Shown piece by piece: positions 28,437 to 37,985 of a stretch of DNA of 64,000 nucleotides; the stretch's first letter is position 1, and every line of letters begins with the position of its first letter. A program made the position numbers and the translations under genes. Source of the DNA: Vicinamibacterales bacterium (GTDB taxonomy: Bacteria; Acidobacteriota; Vicinamibacteria; Vicinamibacterales; UBA8438); assembly GCA_963662965.1 (NCBI GenBank), contig OY759970.1, positions 3,072,524 to 3,136,523 on the forward strand, read 5' to 3'. The notes below the pieces were generated by a model. It was not told the origin of the DNA and did no database searches. It saw nothing but the letters and a program-made list of their open reading frames with translations.

Positions 28437-29477
28437 ATGAAGGACGCGCCGAAGGTCTATCTCGCCAGGGCTGGTCGACATGGCGACGACGAGGATTACG
28501 CGCTTGAGCACAACCTCGCCGTGATCGGCTTCCTGGAGGTGCCGTCTCTGGCAGGCGCACAAGACTACGACGCGATGGTCCAGCTCGTGCAAGACGCGTG
28601 GCCCGATGGGCAGCCTCGCGCCCTCGGGAACTTTGCCAGACAACTGTGGGCCTTCGCGGGTGCGATGCAGGAGGGCGACCTCGTCGTCTTGCCACGCAAG
28701 ATCACGGCGCAGATCGCTATTGGCCGGGTCACGGGGCCGTATCGATACGCCGAGGTGAACACGACCTGGCGGCACACACGGCCCGTGGAGTGGATGCGGC
28801 CGGACATCCCCCGCGCCACGTTCGAACAGGACCTACTCTATTCGTTCGGCGCGTTCATGACGGTCTGCAACATCTCCCGGAATGATGCCGCCCGGCGTGT
28901 CGCAGCGGTCCTCGAAGGCAAGCCTGATCCTGGCCTCTCTGTCCCCACAAAGGCGCCGGTGCCGACGGATATCGAAACCCCAGAGGTACCAGACCTGACG
29001 CAGCTGGCGCACGACCAAATTGTGGCGCGGATCCAGTCACGGTTTACCGGGCATGCCCTGGCGCGGCTGGTGGCTGCGGTGCTGCAAGCCGACGGGTGGG
29101 AGACGAAGATCTCGCCGCCAGGGGCTGACGGGGGCGTAGACATTCTCGCGGGACGTGGCTCACTGGGGTTGGACGCGCCACGTCTCTGCGTGCAGGTCAA
29201 GTCGCAGAACAGTCCTTCCGACGTCACGGTGTACCGCACCTTGCAGGGGACGATGCAGACGTTCAAGGCGGAGCAGGGGTTGCTCGTCTGTTGGGGCGGG
29301 GTGAACAAAGTGGTTCTGGCAGAGTCGAGGCAGGGCCACTTCATGGTGCGTCTGTGGGACAGCCGTGACCTTATGAGAGCCATCTACCGAACTTACGAAC
29401 GCCTCCCGGCGGAGATCCAGGCGGAATTACCCCTGAAGCAAGTGTGGATACTTGTCGCCGAGGAGTCTTCGGAATGA
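28437..29477 (+). CDS. Mrr-like (type IV-type) restriction endonuclease with an N-terminal ~150-aa domain of unknown specificity
   Basis: ORF 28404..29477, with ATG 28437 after GGGGAG. The C-terminal Mrr_cat-like PD-(D/E)xK is ...GADGGVDILAGRG...LCVQVKSQ. The N-terminal domain shows ...GDLVVLPRKITAQIAIGRVTGPYRY...HTRPVEWM... Confidence 0.8.
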   Translation: MKDAPKVYLARAGRHGDDEDYALEHNLAVIGFLEVPSLAGAQDYDAMVQLVQDAWPDGQPRALGNFARQLWAFAGAMQEGDLVVLPRKITAQIAIGRVTGPYRYAEVNTTWRHTRPVEWMRPDIPRATFEQDLLYSFGAFMTVCNISRNDAARRVAAVLEGKPDPGLSVPTKAPVPTDIETPEVPDLTQLAHDQIVARIQSRFTGHALARLVAAVLQADGWETKISPPGADGGVDILAGRGSLGLDAPRLCVQVKSQNSPSDVTVYRTLQGTMQTFKAEQGLLVCWGGVNKVVLAESRQGHFMVRLWDSRDLMRAIYRTYERLPAEIQAELPLKQVWILVAEESSE

Positions 29478-30916
29478 GCGCCAACCTCAAGCCCTATCCC
29501 GCGATGAAGGACTCCGGGGTGCCGTGGCTGGGGGAGGTGCCGACGTATTGGGAGGTGGTGAGGTTGCGCAACTCCGAAATGCGGGTTAGCAACGTCGACA
29601 AGCACGCGAAGGACGATGAACAGCCGGTTCGCCTCTGCAACTATGTCGATGTCTACAAGAATGATCGCATCAGGTCCGGGATGGCTTTCATGCGTGCGAC
29701 TGCGACTACGGACGAGATCGAACGGTTCCGGCTGCAATCCGGCGATGTGCTGATCACAAAGGACTCTGAGGCATGGAACGATATTGGTGTTCCAGCACTT
29801 GTTGAGGATACCCAAGACGACACCGTCAGCGGCTACCACTTGGCGTTGCTTCGCCCATTCCCTGAGCGCGTCGATGGTGGGTATCTATTTCGCGCACTAC
29901 AGAGCCCAGCCGTCGCGTATCAGTTCCATGTCGAGGCGAACGGTGTCACGAGGTATGGGCTCTCACACAGCGCTATTAGGTCGGTGTGGCTGCCCCTCCC
30001 TCCCCTCTCCGAACAAGCCGCCATCGTCCGCTTCCTCGACCACGCCGACCGGCGCATCCGGCGCTACCTCCGCGCCCAGCAGCAGCTGGTTATGCTGCTG
30101 GAGGAGCAGAAGCAGGCCATCATCCACCAGGCCATCACGGGACAGATCGACGTCCGCACCGGCCGGCCCTTTCCTGCCTACAAGCCCTCTGGCGTGGAAT
30201 GGTTGGGGGAGGTGCCGGAGCGTTGGCAGGTGTGCAGAAGCAAACGGATGTTCAGGCCACGAAGGGAACTTGCTCGACCTAACGACATTCAGCTCTCAGC
30301 TACTCAAGCCTACGGTGTGATATCGCAGCGGCGCTACGAGGAGAGGGTTGGGAGAAAGGTGGTCAGGATTCTACGCCACCTTGAGAAGCGACGCCATGTG
30401 GAAGTTGATGACTTCGTAATGAGCATGCGAAGTTTTCAAGGGGGATTGGAAAGGGCATGGGAAAGTGGATGCATCCGGTCATCGTACATTGTCCTGAGGC
30501 CTGCGACGAAGCTGGTCGTGGGGTACTTCGGTCACCTGTTCAAGTCAGCTGGCTATATCAATGCCCTACGGTCAACTGCGAATTTCATTCGTGATGGGCA
30601 AGACCTCAATTTCGAAAACTACTGTCGCGTTGACCTTCCACTTCCAGCGATAGAAGAACAGCAGCGTATCGCACAGTTTCTTGAGCAGGCCACGACGGCA
30701 ATCCGCCTAGCGGTGGAGCGATACCGCGGGCAAGTTGATCTCATCCGCGAATACCGCACCCGCCTGATCGCCGACGTGGTCACCGGGAAGCTCGACGTGC
30801 GGGCGGCGGCGGCACGACTCCCGGATGAGGTCGAGGAACTGGAGCCGCTCGACGAGGCGGATGCCTTGATCGACGGCGAGGACGAGCCCACCGACGCCCT
30901 CGCCACCGCCCCCTAG
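29474..30916 (+). CDS. hsdS: Type I restriction-modification system, specificity subunit S (two target-recognition domains)
   Basis: ORF 29444..30916, with ATG 29474 in an ATGA overlap with the Mrr-like gene. Conserved spacer helices are LPPLSEQAAIVRFLD...LLEEQKQAIIHQAITG and LPAIEEQQRIAQFLE...REYRTRLIADVVTGKLDV. Confidence 0.9.
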   Translation: MSANLKPYPAMKDSGVPWLGEVPTYWEVVRLRNSEMRVSNVDKHAKDDEQPVRLCNYVDVYKNDRIRSGMAFMRATATTDEIERFRLQSGDVLITKDSEAWNDIGVPALVEDTQDDTVSGYHLALLRPFPERVDGGYLFRALQSPAVAYQFHVEANGVTRYGLSHSAIRSVWLPLPPLSEQAAIVRFLDHADRRIRRYLRAQQQLVMLLEEQKQAIIHQAITGQIDVRTGRPFPAYKPSGVEWLGEVPERWQVCRSKRMFRPRRELARPNDIQLSATQAYGVISQRRYEERVGRKVVRILRHLEKRRHVEVDDFVMSMRSFQGGLERAWESGCIRSSYIVLRPATKLVVGYFGHLFKSAGYINALRSTANFIRDGQDLNFENYCRVDLPLPAIEEQQRIAQFLEQATTAIRLAVERYRGQVDLIREYRTRLIADVVTGKLDVRAAAARLPDEVEELEPLDEADALIDGEDEPTDALATAP

Positions 30917-30927
30917 GAGGCTGCGGT

Positions 30928-33927
30928 GTGACGACCGACACCAGCGAACGTGGCCTCGAACGCCTGATCTGCACGGCGCTGACCGGCCATCCCTGCGATC
31001 CGCCGCAAGAGCGCAGGGCAGCGGAGGCCCGCCCCGGCTACGGCCGCGCGGGCTGGAGCGGCGGCAATCCCCACGACTACGACCGCGAGTTCTGCGTCGA
31101 TCGGGTCCAGCTCGCGGCATTCCTGAAGTCCACCCAGCCGGACGCCGCCGAATCGCTGGCGCTCGACGAGGACGGGCAGGCGCGGCGCAAGTTCCTCGCC
31201 CGGCTGCAGGGGGAGATCGCCAAGCGCGGCACCATCGACGTGCTGCGCCACGGCGTCAGACACGGCGCGCACGACCTGGACCTGTTCTACGGCACGCCGT
31301 CACCCGGGAACGTGCAGGCGCAGCAGCGCTTCGCGCAGAACCGCTTCACCGTCGTCCGGCAGCTCCGCTACAGCCGCGACGAGACGCAGCGAGCGCTCGA
31401 CATCGGGCTCTTCATCAACGGCCTGCCGGTCTTCACGTTCGAGCTGAAGAACAGCCTCACCAAGCAGACCGTTAACGATGCGGTGTGGCAGTACCAGAAG
31501 GACCGCAACCCCCGCGAGAAGCTGTTCGAGTTCGGCCGCTGCGTGGCCCACTTCGCGGTGGACGAGAGCGACGTGCGCTTCTGCACCCACCTCAAGGGGA
31601 AGGCGTCCTGGTTCCTGCCGTTCAACCGGGGCTGGAACGACGGCGCCGGCAATCCGCCCAATCCGAGCGGCATCAAGACCGACTACCTGTGGCGAGACGT
31701 GCTCACTCGCGAGAGCCTGACCGACATCCTGGAGAACTACGCCCAGGTGGTGGAGGCGAAGGACGAGAAGACCGGCAAGAAAAAGCGGACGCAGATTTGG
31801 CCGCGCTACCAACAGCTCGACGTGGTGCGCCGGCTGCTGGCCGACGCCGCGACGCGCGGGGCGGGGCGGCGCTACCTGATCCAGCACTCGGCGGGCAGCG
31901 GGAAGAGCAACTCCATCGCCTGGCTGGCCCACCAACTGATCGGACTCGCGAAGGACGACGCTTCGACATTCGACTCGATCATCGTGGTCACCGACCGGCG
32001 CATCCTCGACCGGCAGATCCGCGACACCATCAAGCAGTACGCCCAGGTCGGCGCGACGGTGGGGCACGCGGAGCGCGCCGGAGACCTGCGTCGGTTCATC
32101 GAGGCCGGCAAGAAGATCATCATCTCGACGGTTCAGAAGTTCCCCTTCATCCTCGACGAGATCGGCAACGAGCAGCGCGGCCAGCGCTTTGCCATCATCA
32201 TCGACGAGGCCCACTCCAGCCAAGGTGGGCGCACCTCGGCGTCCATTTCGGCCGCGCTGGGGACAGCCGGTGAAGAGGCCGAGGAGGAGACCACCGAGGA
32301 TCACATCAACCGCCTGATGGAGTCGCGCAGGCTGCTCCCGAACGCCAGCTACTTCGCGTTCACCGCCACCCCGAAGAACAAGACGCTGGAGATCTTCGGC
32401 GAGCCGGACCCGCAGCCAGGCGGCGCGGTCAGGCACCACGCCTTCCACAGCTACACCATGAAGCAGGCAATCCAGGAGGGGTTCATCCTGGACGTGCTGG
32501 CGCACTACACCCCGGTGGCCAGCTACTACCGGCTTGCCAAGACGGTGGAGGACGACCCGGAGTTCGACGTCAAGAAGGCGCAGAAGAAGCTCCGTCGCTA
32601 CGTCGAGGGCCACGACCACGCGATCCGCCTCAAGGCCGAGATCATGGTCGACCACTTCCACGAGCAGGTCATCGCGAAGAACAAGATCGGCGGCGAGGCG
32701 CGGGCGATGGTGGTCACCAACGGCATCGAGCGCGCCCTCCAGTACTTCCATGCCATCCGCGACTACCTGCAGGAGCGAAAGAGCCAGTACCAGGCAATCG
32801 TGGCCTTCTCCGGCGAGCCCGAGTTCGGCGGCGAGAAGGTGACCGAGACGTCGCTGAACGGCTTTCCGTCCGGCCAGATCGCCGACAAGATCCAGCAGGA
32901 TCCATACCGCTTCCTGATCTGCGCCGACAAGTTCCAGACCGGCTACGACGAGCCGCTACTGCACACAATGTACGTGGACAAGACGCTGTCCGGCATCAAG
33001 GCGGTGCAGACCCTGTCGCGCCTCAACCGGGCGCATCCGAAGAAGCACGATGTCTTCGTGCTCGACTTCCTCAACGACGCCGACACCATCCGCGACGCCT
33101 TCACCGACTACTACCGCGCGACGATCCTGGCCGGCGAGACCGACCCCGACAAGCTCCACGACCTGCAGACGGACCTGGATGCCGCCCAGGTCTACTCACC
33201 CGAGCAGATCGACGACTTCGTCGAGCGCTACCTCGACGGGGCCGAGCGCGACCAACTGGATCCGATCCTCGACGCCTGCGTGGCGGTCTATCGGAACGAC
33301 CTGGACGAGGACGGGCAGGTGGACTTCAAGGGCAAGGCGAAGGCCTTCGTCCGGACCTACGGCTTCCTGTCGTGCGTCCTGCCGTACACCTACGCCCCGT
33401 GGGAGAAGCGCTCCATCTTCCTGAACTTCCTCATCTCGAAGCTGCCGGCGCCCGAGGAGGAGGACCTCTCCAAGGGCATCCTCGACGCCATCGACATGGA
33501 CAGCTATCGGGTCGAGAAGCGCGCGGTGCAGCAGATCCTGCTGCCCGACGAGAATGCCGAGATCACACCCGTGCCACCGAGCGGCGGCGGCCACGTGCCA
33601 GAGCCGGAGCTGGAGCGGCTCTCGAGCATCTTGAGAGAGTTCAACGACCTGTTCGGTGCCATCGCGTGGCAGGACACCGACCGTGTGAAGGAGATGATCA
33701 CGGAGACCATTCCCTTTCGAGTCGCCCAGGACGCTGCGTTCAAGAACGCTCGCCAGAACTCCGATCAGGACAATGCTCGCATTGAGCACGGTAAGGTGCT
33801 CACTCGTGTCATGACGGCGCTAATCAAGGATGATGCCGAGCTGTTCAAGCAATTCATGGACAACGACAGCTTCAAGCGTTGGATGACTGAGACCGTATTC
33901 ACCTTGGCCTGTAAGCAGGCCAGTTGA
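30928..33927 (+). CDS. hsdR: Type I restriction enzyme, R subunit (SF2 helicase-nuclease)
   Basis: ORF track 999 aa. GTG 30928 lies 8 nt after AGGAGG. Walker A is HSAGSGKSNS and the DEAH box is IIIDEAHSSQ. It is followed by a 12-4-12 palindrome. Confidence 0.93.
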   Translation: MTTDTSERGLERLICTALTGHPCDPPQERRAAEARPGYGRAGWSGGNPHDYDREFCVDRVQLAAFLKSTQPDAAESLALDEDGQARRKFLARLQGEIAKRGTIDVLRHGVRHGAHDLDLFYGTPSPGNVQAQQRFAQNRFTVVRQLRYSRDETQRALDIGLFINGLPVFTFELKNSLTKQTVNDAVWQYQKDRNPREKLFEFGRCVAHFAVDESDVRFCTHLKGKASWFLPFNRGWNDGAGNPPNPSGIKTDYLWRDVLTRESLTDILENYAQVVEAKDEKTGKKKRTQIWPRYQQLDVVRRLLADAATRGAGRRYLIQHSAGSGKSNSIAWLAHQLIGLAKDDASTFDSIIVVTDRRILDRQIRDTIKQYAQVGATVGHAERAGDLRRFIEAGKKIIISTVQKFPFILDEIGNEQRGQRFAIIIDEAHSSQGGRTSASISAALGTAGEEAEEETTEDHINRLMESRRLLPNASYFAFTATPKNKTLEIFGEPDPQPGGAVRHHAFHSYTMKQAIQEGFILDVLAHYTPVASYYRLAKTVEDDPEFDVKKAQKKLRRYVEGHDHAIRLKAEIMVDHFHEQVIAKNKIGGEARAMVVTNGIERALQYFHAIRDYLQERKSQYQAIVAFSGEPEFGGEKVTETSLNGFPSGQIADKIQQDPYRFLICADKFQTGYDEPLLHTMYVDKTLSGIKAVQTLSRLNRAHPKKHDVFVLDFLNDADTIRDAFTDYYRATILAGETDPDKLHDLQTDLDAAQVYSPEQIDDFVERYLDGAERDQLDPILDACVAVYRNDLDEDGQVDFKGKAKAFVRTYGFLSCVLPYTYAPWEKRSIFLNFLISKLPAPEEEDLSKGILDAIDMDSYRVEKRAVQQILLPDENAEITPVPPSGGGHVPEPELERLSSILREFNDLFGAIAWQDTDRVKEMITETIPFRVAQDAAFKNARQNSDQDNARIEHGKVLTRVMTALIKDDAELFKQFMDNDSFKRWMTETVFTLACKQAS

Positions 33928-34007
33928 CGGGCTGGCTGTGAGGAACGGACCGATGGCCGCAGTCTGGCCGACCGGGTGCGACACCGCCCATTGGGAGGGC
34001 GACCCAC

Positions 34008-34082
34008 GCGTAGCACGTCGCGCTGCAGGTCCTGCGACCGGGAGCCGTCCGCTTTTGAGACGCGGGCGTAGTCGATCAGCAT
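34008..34082 (-). pseudogene. N-terminal 25-codon remnant of a serine recombinase (resolvase/invertase)
   Basis: The minus-strand translation MLIDYARVSKADGSRSQDLQRDVLR matches the resolvase catalytic N-terminus (YARVS...Q...Q). Similarity ends abruptly near 34005. Confidence 0.5.
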
Positions 34083-34109
34083 GTGTCGCAAACGGTCGTT
34101 TGCGACACA
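34082..34109. repeat. perfect 12-4-12 palindrome TGTGTCGCAAAC-GGTC-GTTTGCGACACA
   Basis: Read directly: the arms are exact reverse complements. It lies between the convergent hsdR and M48 genes and abuts the ATG of the resolvase remnant. Confidence 0.85.
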
Positions 34110-34144
34110 GTAATCCGTTCCTGACGTCGGAGAAGCTCAGACAA

Positions 34145-35719
34145 CTAGCGGGCCACGGTGCCGATCCGTTCCCAACGGTCGACATTGCGCAAGTCGAGCT
34201 CTACCGACTCAATCGGCCCTTCGATCAGCCCACGCGCATCGTCGTTGCCGAACACGGCTGAGACTTCATCGCTCGGAAAGATCTTTTCTGCGGTTCGCTC
34301 ACGCAGTTGAATCCGTTGCCCCGCGACTCGAACGTTGATCGTGTTGACGTCGTCCTCTTCGCTCAGCTCTGGAGTGGTCGAGAGCGTCGCGATGACGTCT
34401 AACTCGTTCTGGAACAGCCGCTGCACATCGAAACGGAGGGTGGCGACCAGTTCGCCGTTGTCCGTCACACCCTGGAATACGTTCTCCTCAAGAAACGACG
34501 CCGTGGTGGTCGCACCGGCCCTGGCGAGGCGCTCCTCGATATGGGGATGCGTCGCGAACAGCCCGCCGCCCCCGTCGCCAAACGGGTCATGGGCGTCGCG
34601 GGCGAACTTGAGTTTGCGGAGCGAATTCAGCAGCGGCCGGTCGCCGACATCCGTCTCGGTAAGGTAGAAGCTTGCGAACAGGTCCGCTTCGCGTTCACGG
34701 TCTCGCCCGTGACCCGCCATGAACAGGTTGGCGGTAAAGGAGGTCATGATGGCGACGATGTCGTCAACGTTGTTGTCGGTGCCTCTGGCGAAGAGGCCCA
34801 CAATCCCGGCAATGGTCGATGCCCGTTGCGCGTTTCGCCAGATGCGGTAACTGTGCCGGCTCTCCACGTGGGCAATCTCGTGGGCGAGGATCGCCGCCAC
34901 TTCGTTGTCGCTCTCAAGCGATTGCAGCAGGCCCCGAGTCATGAAGATGTACCCGGTCGGCACCGCGAACGCATTAACGTCGTCCGAGTCGACAACCTGG
35001 AACCGGTACCGGTAGCCCTTGAGCGGAACCGGCCAGCTGTCGAGAACCCGTTCCCCGACACCCTCCAGGTACTCCTGCAACTCCGTGTCGACGAGGGGAG
35101 AGTAGGTTGACTGTACCTGTTGTAGTGACATCATCGCGAGTGACCGCTCGGTCTCGTAGTCCGAGACATCGGGCGTCGGGACAAAACAGACACCGCAAGG
35201 GGTGTAACCGCTGGCGAGGGCATCGGGTTCGGTCGCAAACGGCTGTCGGTCAGCCATCTCCGGTAGGTGATTAGCCCCGCGGATGTGGAGCGTCTGGCTC
35301 TGCCGGTTTCCGATGTACCGCTGGAAATCAGCCTCGGCCGTCGTCACCTCGAACACCTCGTCGAGCCAGCGCTCAAAGTCCTGCGCCGACGGCGCCGGGC
35401 CGTAGACGTCCACACGGCCACGGCCGAGACGGGCACTCTGCAGCTCGAGTTCGATGTGGTCGTCTTCCGGGTCCGCGTCGGTAATTCGCACCGTCTCGCT
35501 TTCGCGCAGTGGGAAAAGGCGGTCCCCCCGGTGGAGCACGAAGACGCGATCGTCTTCTGCGTCGAGGTAGACCTTTCGGCGACCCTCGAAGGTGGGCCGG
35601 AGGACCAACTCACGACCTTCGAGCGCGTCTTCAAGATCGTTCCATCGCTGTGCGGCCGCTGGCGACGGCAGGAGCAATCCGGGCAGCGAACACAAAAGAG
35701 CGAACCGCAGAATCAACAT
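34145..35719 (-). CDS. secreted M48-family zinc metallopeptidase
   Basis: ORF 34145..35824, with ATG 35719 after GGAGGA. The signal peptide is MLILRFALLCSLPGLLLPSPAAAQ. The HExxH motif is in ILAHEIAHVESRH. Confidence 0.85.
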   Translation of the reverse strand: MLILRFALLCSLPGLLLPSPAAAQRWNDLEDALEGRELVLRPTFEGRRKVYLDAEDDRVFVLHRGDRLFPLRESETVRITDADPEDDHIELELQSARLGRGRVDVYGPAPSAQDFERWLDEVFEVTTAEADFQRYIGNRQSQTLHIRGANHLPEMADRQPFATEPDALASGYTPCGVCFVPTPDVSDYETERSLAMMSLQQVQSTYSPLVDTELQEYLEGVGERVLDSWPVPLKGYRYRFQVVDSDDVNAFAVPTGYIFMTRGLLQSLESDNEVAAILAHEIAHVESRHSYRIWRNAQRASTIAGIVGLFARGTDNNVDDIVAIMTSFTANLFMAGHGRDREREADLFASFYLTETDVGDRPLLNSLRKLKFARDAHDPFGDGGGGLFATHPHIEERLARAGATTTASFLEENVFQGVTDNGELVATLRFDVQRLFQNELDVIATLSTTPELSEEDDVNTINVRVAGQRIQLRERTAEKIFPSDEVSAVFGNDDARGLIEGPIESVELDLRNVDRWERIGTVAR

Positions 35720-35985
35720 GGCATGTCCTCCAAGACTGGCCGAAGCTACCCCCAGCGCGCCAGCGGCATCGTTGGGGCGATTGTGAGCGTTAAGCCTGTC
35801 AGATCGGTCGTCGTACGCCCCCATACCCTACCCCCGCACCTCGCTGATCAGCCACTCGTCCACCGATACAGCTGCCGCGCGCCGCCACCCAGCAGGCCCA
35901 CTCCGAGCAGCAACTAGAGGTGGACCCCAAAATTCGGACAGGTTGCTAAGGTGGATTCCGACCTCAGAATGGAGAGATCGGAATC

Positions 35986-36267
35986 ATGCAGAAACGGAAA
36001 AAATACCCCGCTGAGCTGAAGGCCCGCGTGGCACTGCAGGCGCTTCGCGGCGAGCAGACGATGGCGGAGCTGTCGTCGCGCTACAAGATCCACCCGAACC
36101 TGATCGCGAACTGGAAGAAGAAAGCCCAGGAGGCGCTTGTGGACGTCTTCTCGGACCACCAGCAGCGCCGAGAGGCGTCTCGCGATGCGGAGATTCAGGA
36201 GCTGCGAGCGACGGTCGGCGAGCTCGTCATCGAGAAGGATTTTTTGTCCAAGGCCTTCGGCCGTTGA
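35986..36267 (+). CDS. IS3-family transposase OrfA (HTH)
   Basis: ORF track 93 aa. [47 protein letters not shown]... Confidence 0.9.
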   Translation: MQKRKKYPAELKARVALQALRGEQTMAELSSRYKIHPNLIANWKKKAQEALVDVFSDHQQRREASRDAEIQELRATVGELVIEKDFLSKAFGR

Positions 36268-37151
36268 GTCACGGTCGAAGGCGAATGCTGATCGACTCGA
36301 ACCACTCCGAACTGAGCATCTCGCGACAGTGTGGCTTGGTGTCGATCTCGCGCTCGACGTTCTACGACGATGGTCTCGGGGAGAGTGAGTTGACTCTCGA
36401 GCTCATGCGCCGGATCGACGAGCAATTTCTGGAAACCCCGTTCTACGGATCGCGGCAGAGGGCGCGTTGGCTGCGCCGGGAGGGCTTCGCCGTCAGTCGG
36501 AAGCGGGTGCGTCGTCTGATGCGAAAGATGGGCCTCCAGGCGCTGTACCAGCGCCCGAGCACGTCGGTTCCGCACCCGGAGCACCGGGTCTACCCCTATT
36601 TGCTGCGCGACCGAGCGGTCGAACGTGCGAACGAGGCCTGGTGCGCCGACGTGACGTACATTCCGCTGCACCGCGGCTTCCTGTACCTGGTCGCGATCCA
36701 GGATTGGGCCAGCCGGAAGGTGCTGTCGTGGCGCTTGTCCAACACGATGGATGCCTCGTTCTGTGTGGAGGCCCTCGCGGAAGCCCTCGCGCAGTACGGA
36801 CCGCCAGCGATCTTCAACACCGACCAAGGCAGCCAGTTCACCAGCCTGGAGTTCACTCAGACGCTCAAAGACGCAGGCGTGCAGATCTCGATGGACGGCA
36901 AGGGCCGCTGGATGGACAACGTCTTCATCGAGCGGCTGTGGCGCTCGCTCAAGTACGAGTGCGTCTACCTGCACGACTTCGAGGTTGGCTCCGAGGCGCG
37001 GGCCAGCATCGGCCGGTGGATCGACTTCTACAATGCCGAGCGACCGCACTCGTCGCTCGATGATCGCACGCCTGATGAGGCGTACTCGGATTTGGGAGGT
37101 GCGCCGACCTCGTCGCTGCGCTCCTCGTCAGCGCAGTCGGAAGCGGCTTAG
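36264..37151 (+). CDS. IS3-family transposase OrfB (rve DDE domain), -1 frame relative to OrfA
   Basis: ORF track 295 aa. ...WCADVTYIP...[12 protein letters not shown]...[23 protein letters not shown]...[10 protein letters not shown]. Confidence 0.9.
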   Translation: MSHGRRRMLIDSNHSELSISRQCGLVSISRSTFYDDGLGESELTLELMRRIDEQFLETPFYGSRQRARWLRREGFAVSRKRVRRLMRKMGLQALYQRPSTSVPHPEHRVYPYLLRDRAVERANEAWCADVTYIPLHRGFLYLVAIQDWASRKVLSWRLSNTMDASFCVEALAEALAQYGPPAIFNTDQGSQFTSLEFTQTLKDAGVQISMDGKGRWMDNVFIERLWRSLKYECVYLHDFEVGSEARASIGRWIDFYNAERPHSSLDDRTPDEAYSDLGGAPTSSLRSSSAQSEAA

Positions 37152-37211
37152 AAACATGAACCTGGAATCCACCTTAACTTGGCCGCTGAGCTGTCCAAAG
37201 GATGGGGTCCA

Positions 37212-37643
37212 CCTCTGTTTCTCTCCGGAACTGCTGGGGTCTTGGCCGTCCGGGTGTGCGACGTGAAGCGTAGGGACGGGACGGTCTACCTGATATGCGA
37301 TGGCGGACGTACCAATCACGCGCTGGTCTCAGAGTGGGAGGAACCGCATCCGATAGAGATCCTACCCCCGCGTGGGGGGGAGACGATCCTGACAACCGTC
37401 TGTGGTCCGACGTGCATGGCCTTCGATCGACTAGGGCGGTTCAACCTACCAGCGGCAAATGTTGGCGATGTGATTGTCTGGAAAAACGCCGGCTCTTACC
37501 ATCTTCCGTGGGAGACGCGGTTCTCGCACGGACGCTGCGCTGTCGTCTGGTGCGACGAGCACTGGTGCGCCACCGTAGCTCGGCATCGCGAGTCACCGCA
37601 GGAGTGGTGGTCAGAGTGGTGCGTTCCGGCGGCCGGGACATGA
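37212..37643 (+). pseudogene. C-terminal fragment of a type III PLP-dependent decarboxylase (Orn/DAP/Arg decarboxylase family)
   Basis: Part of ORF 37179..37643. ...AGVLAVRVCDVKRRDGTVYLICDGG.NH...TTVCGPTCMAFDRLGRFNLP.ANVGDVIVWKNAGSYH... matches the C-terminal beta-domain. It begins exactly at the IS3 right end, and no matching upstream part lies left of the IS. Confidence 0.6.
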
Positions 37644-37837
37644 GACGCATCGCGCCAAACTGGTTGTCGAGGCTTAAGCGGGCATGGAGGCCGGCGGGCA
37701 AGACCCTGCTTGCCTCCTCTACCTTTGTTGGTGTGATTCTAGGCATTGTGTCACGCTTCGTCGGCGTCCTCCCACCCGTGTTGATTCCCGTCGCAATTGT
37801 GGGATGTGGGCCTGATCCGATTCGGTGGACGGTTTAG
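37640..37837 (+). CDS. small hypothetical membrane protein
   Basis: ATG 37640 is in an ATGA overlap with the preceding stop. It has 65 codons with the hydrophobic segment ...LLASSTFVGVILGIVSRFVGVLPPVLIPVAIVG. There is no family recognition. Confidence 0.3.
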   Translation: MRRIAPNWLSRLKRAWRPAGKTLLASSTFVGVILGIVSRFVGVLPPVLIPVAIVGCGPDPIRWTV

Positions 37838-37985
37838 CTACGCTGGTTGACTCTCCGTTCTCTATCATCCTTTCACGAAAACAATAATGGGTGTGGGCGC
37901 TGTGGGAAACCGCGTTCTCTGCGGTTTTCCAAGTCCCTGGTGGGCGCGCGTTCTTCGCGTCCACAGGGACGGCAGCGTCCATGCC

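Larger units (their letters stand above)
35921..37211 (+). mobile_element. IS3-family insertion sequence, copy A (1291 bp)
   Basis: The ends are TGGACCCC...GGGGTCCA (TG/CA termini). The longer imperfect IR shares GGACAG and TAAGGTGGATTCC blocks. It has orfA/orfB with a T TTT TTG slippery heptamer at 36240-36246. Confidence 0.85.
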
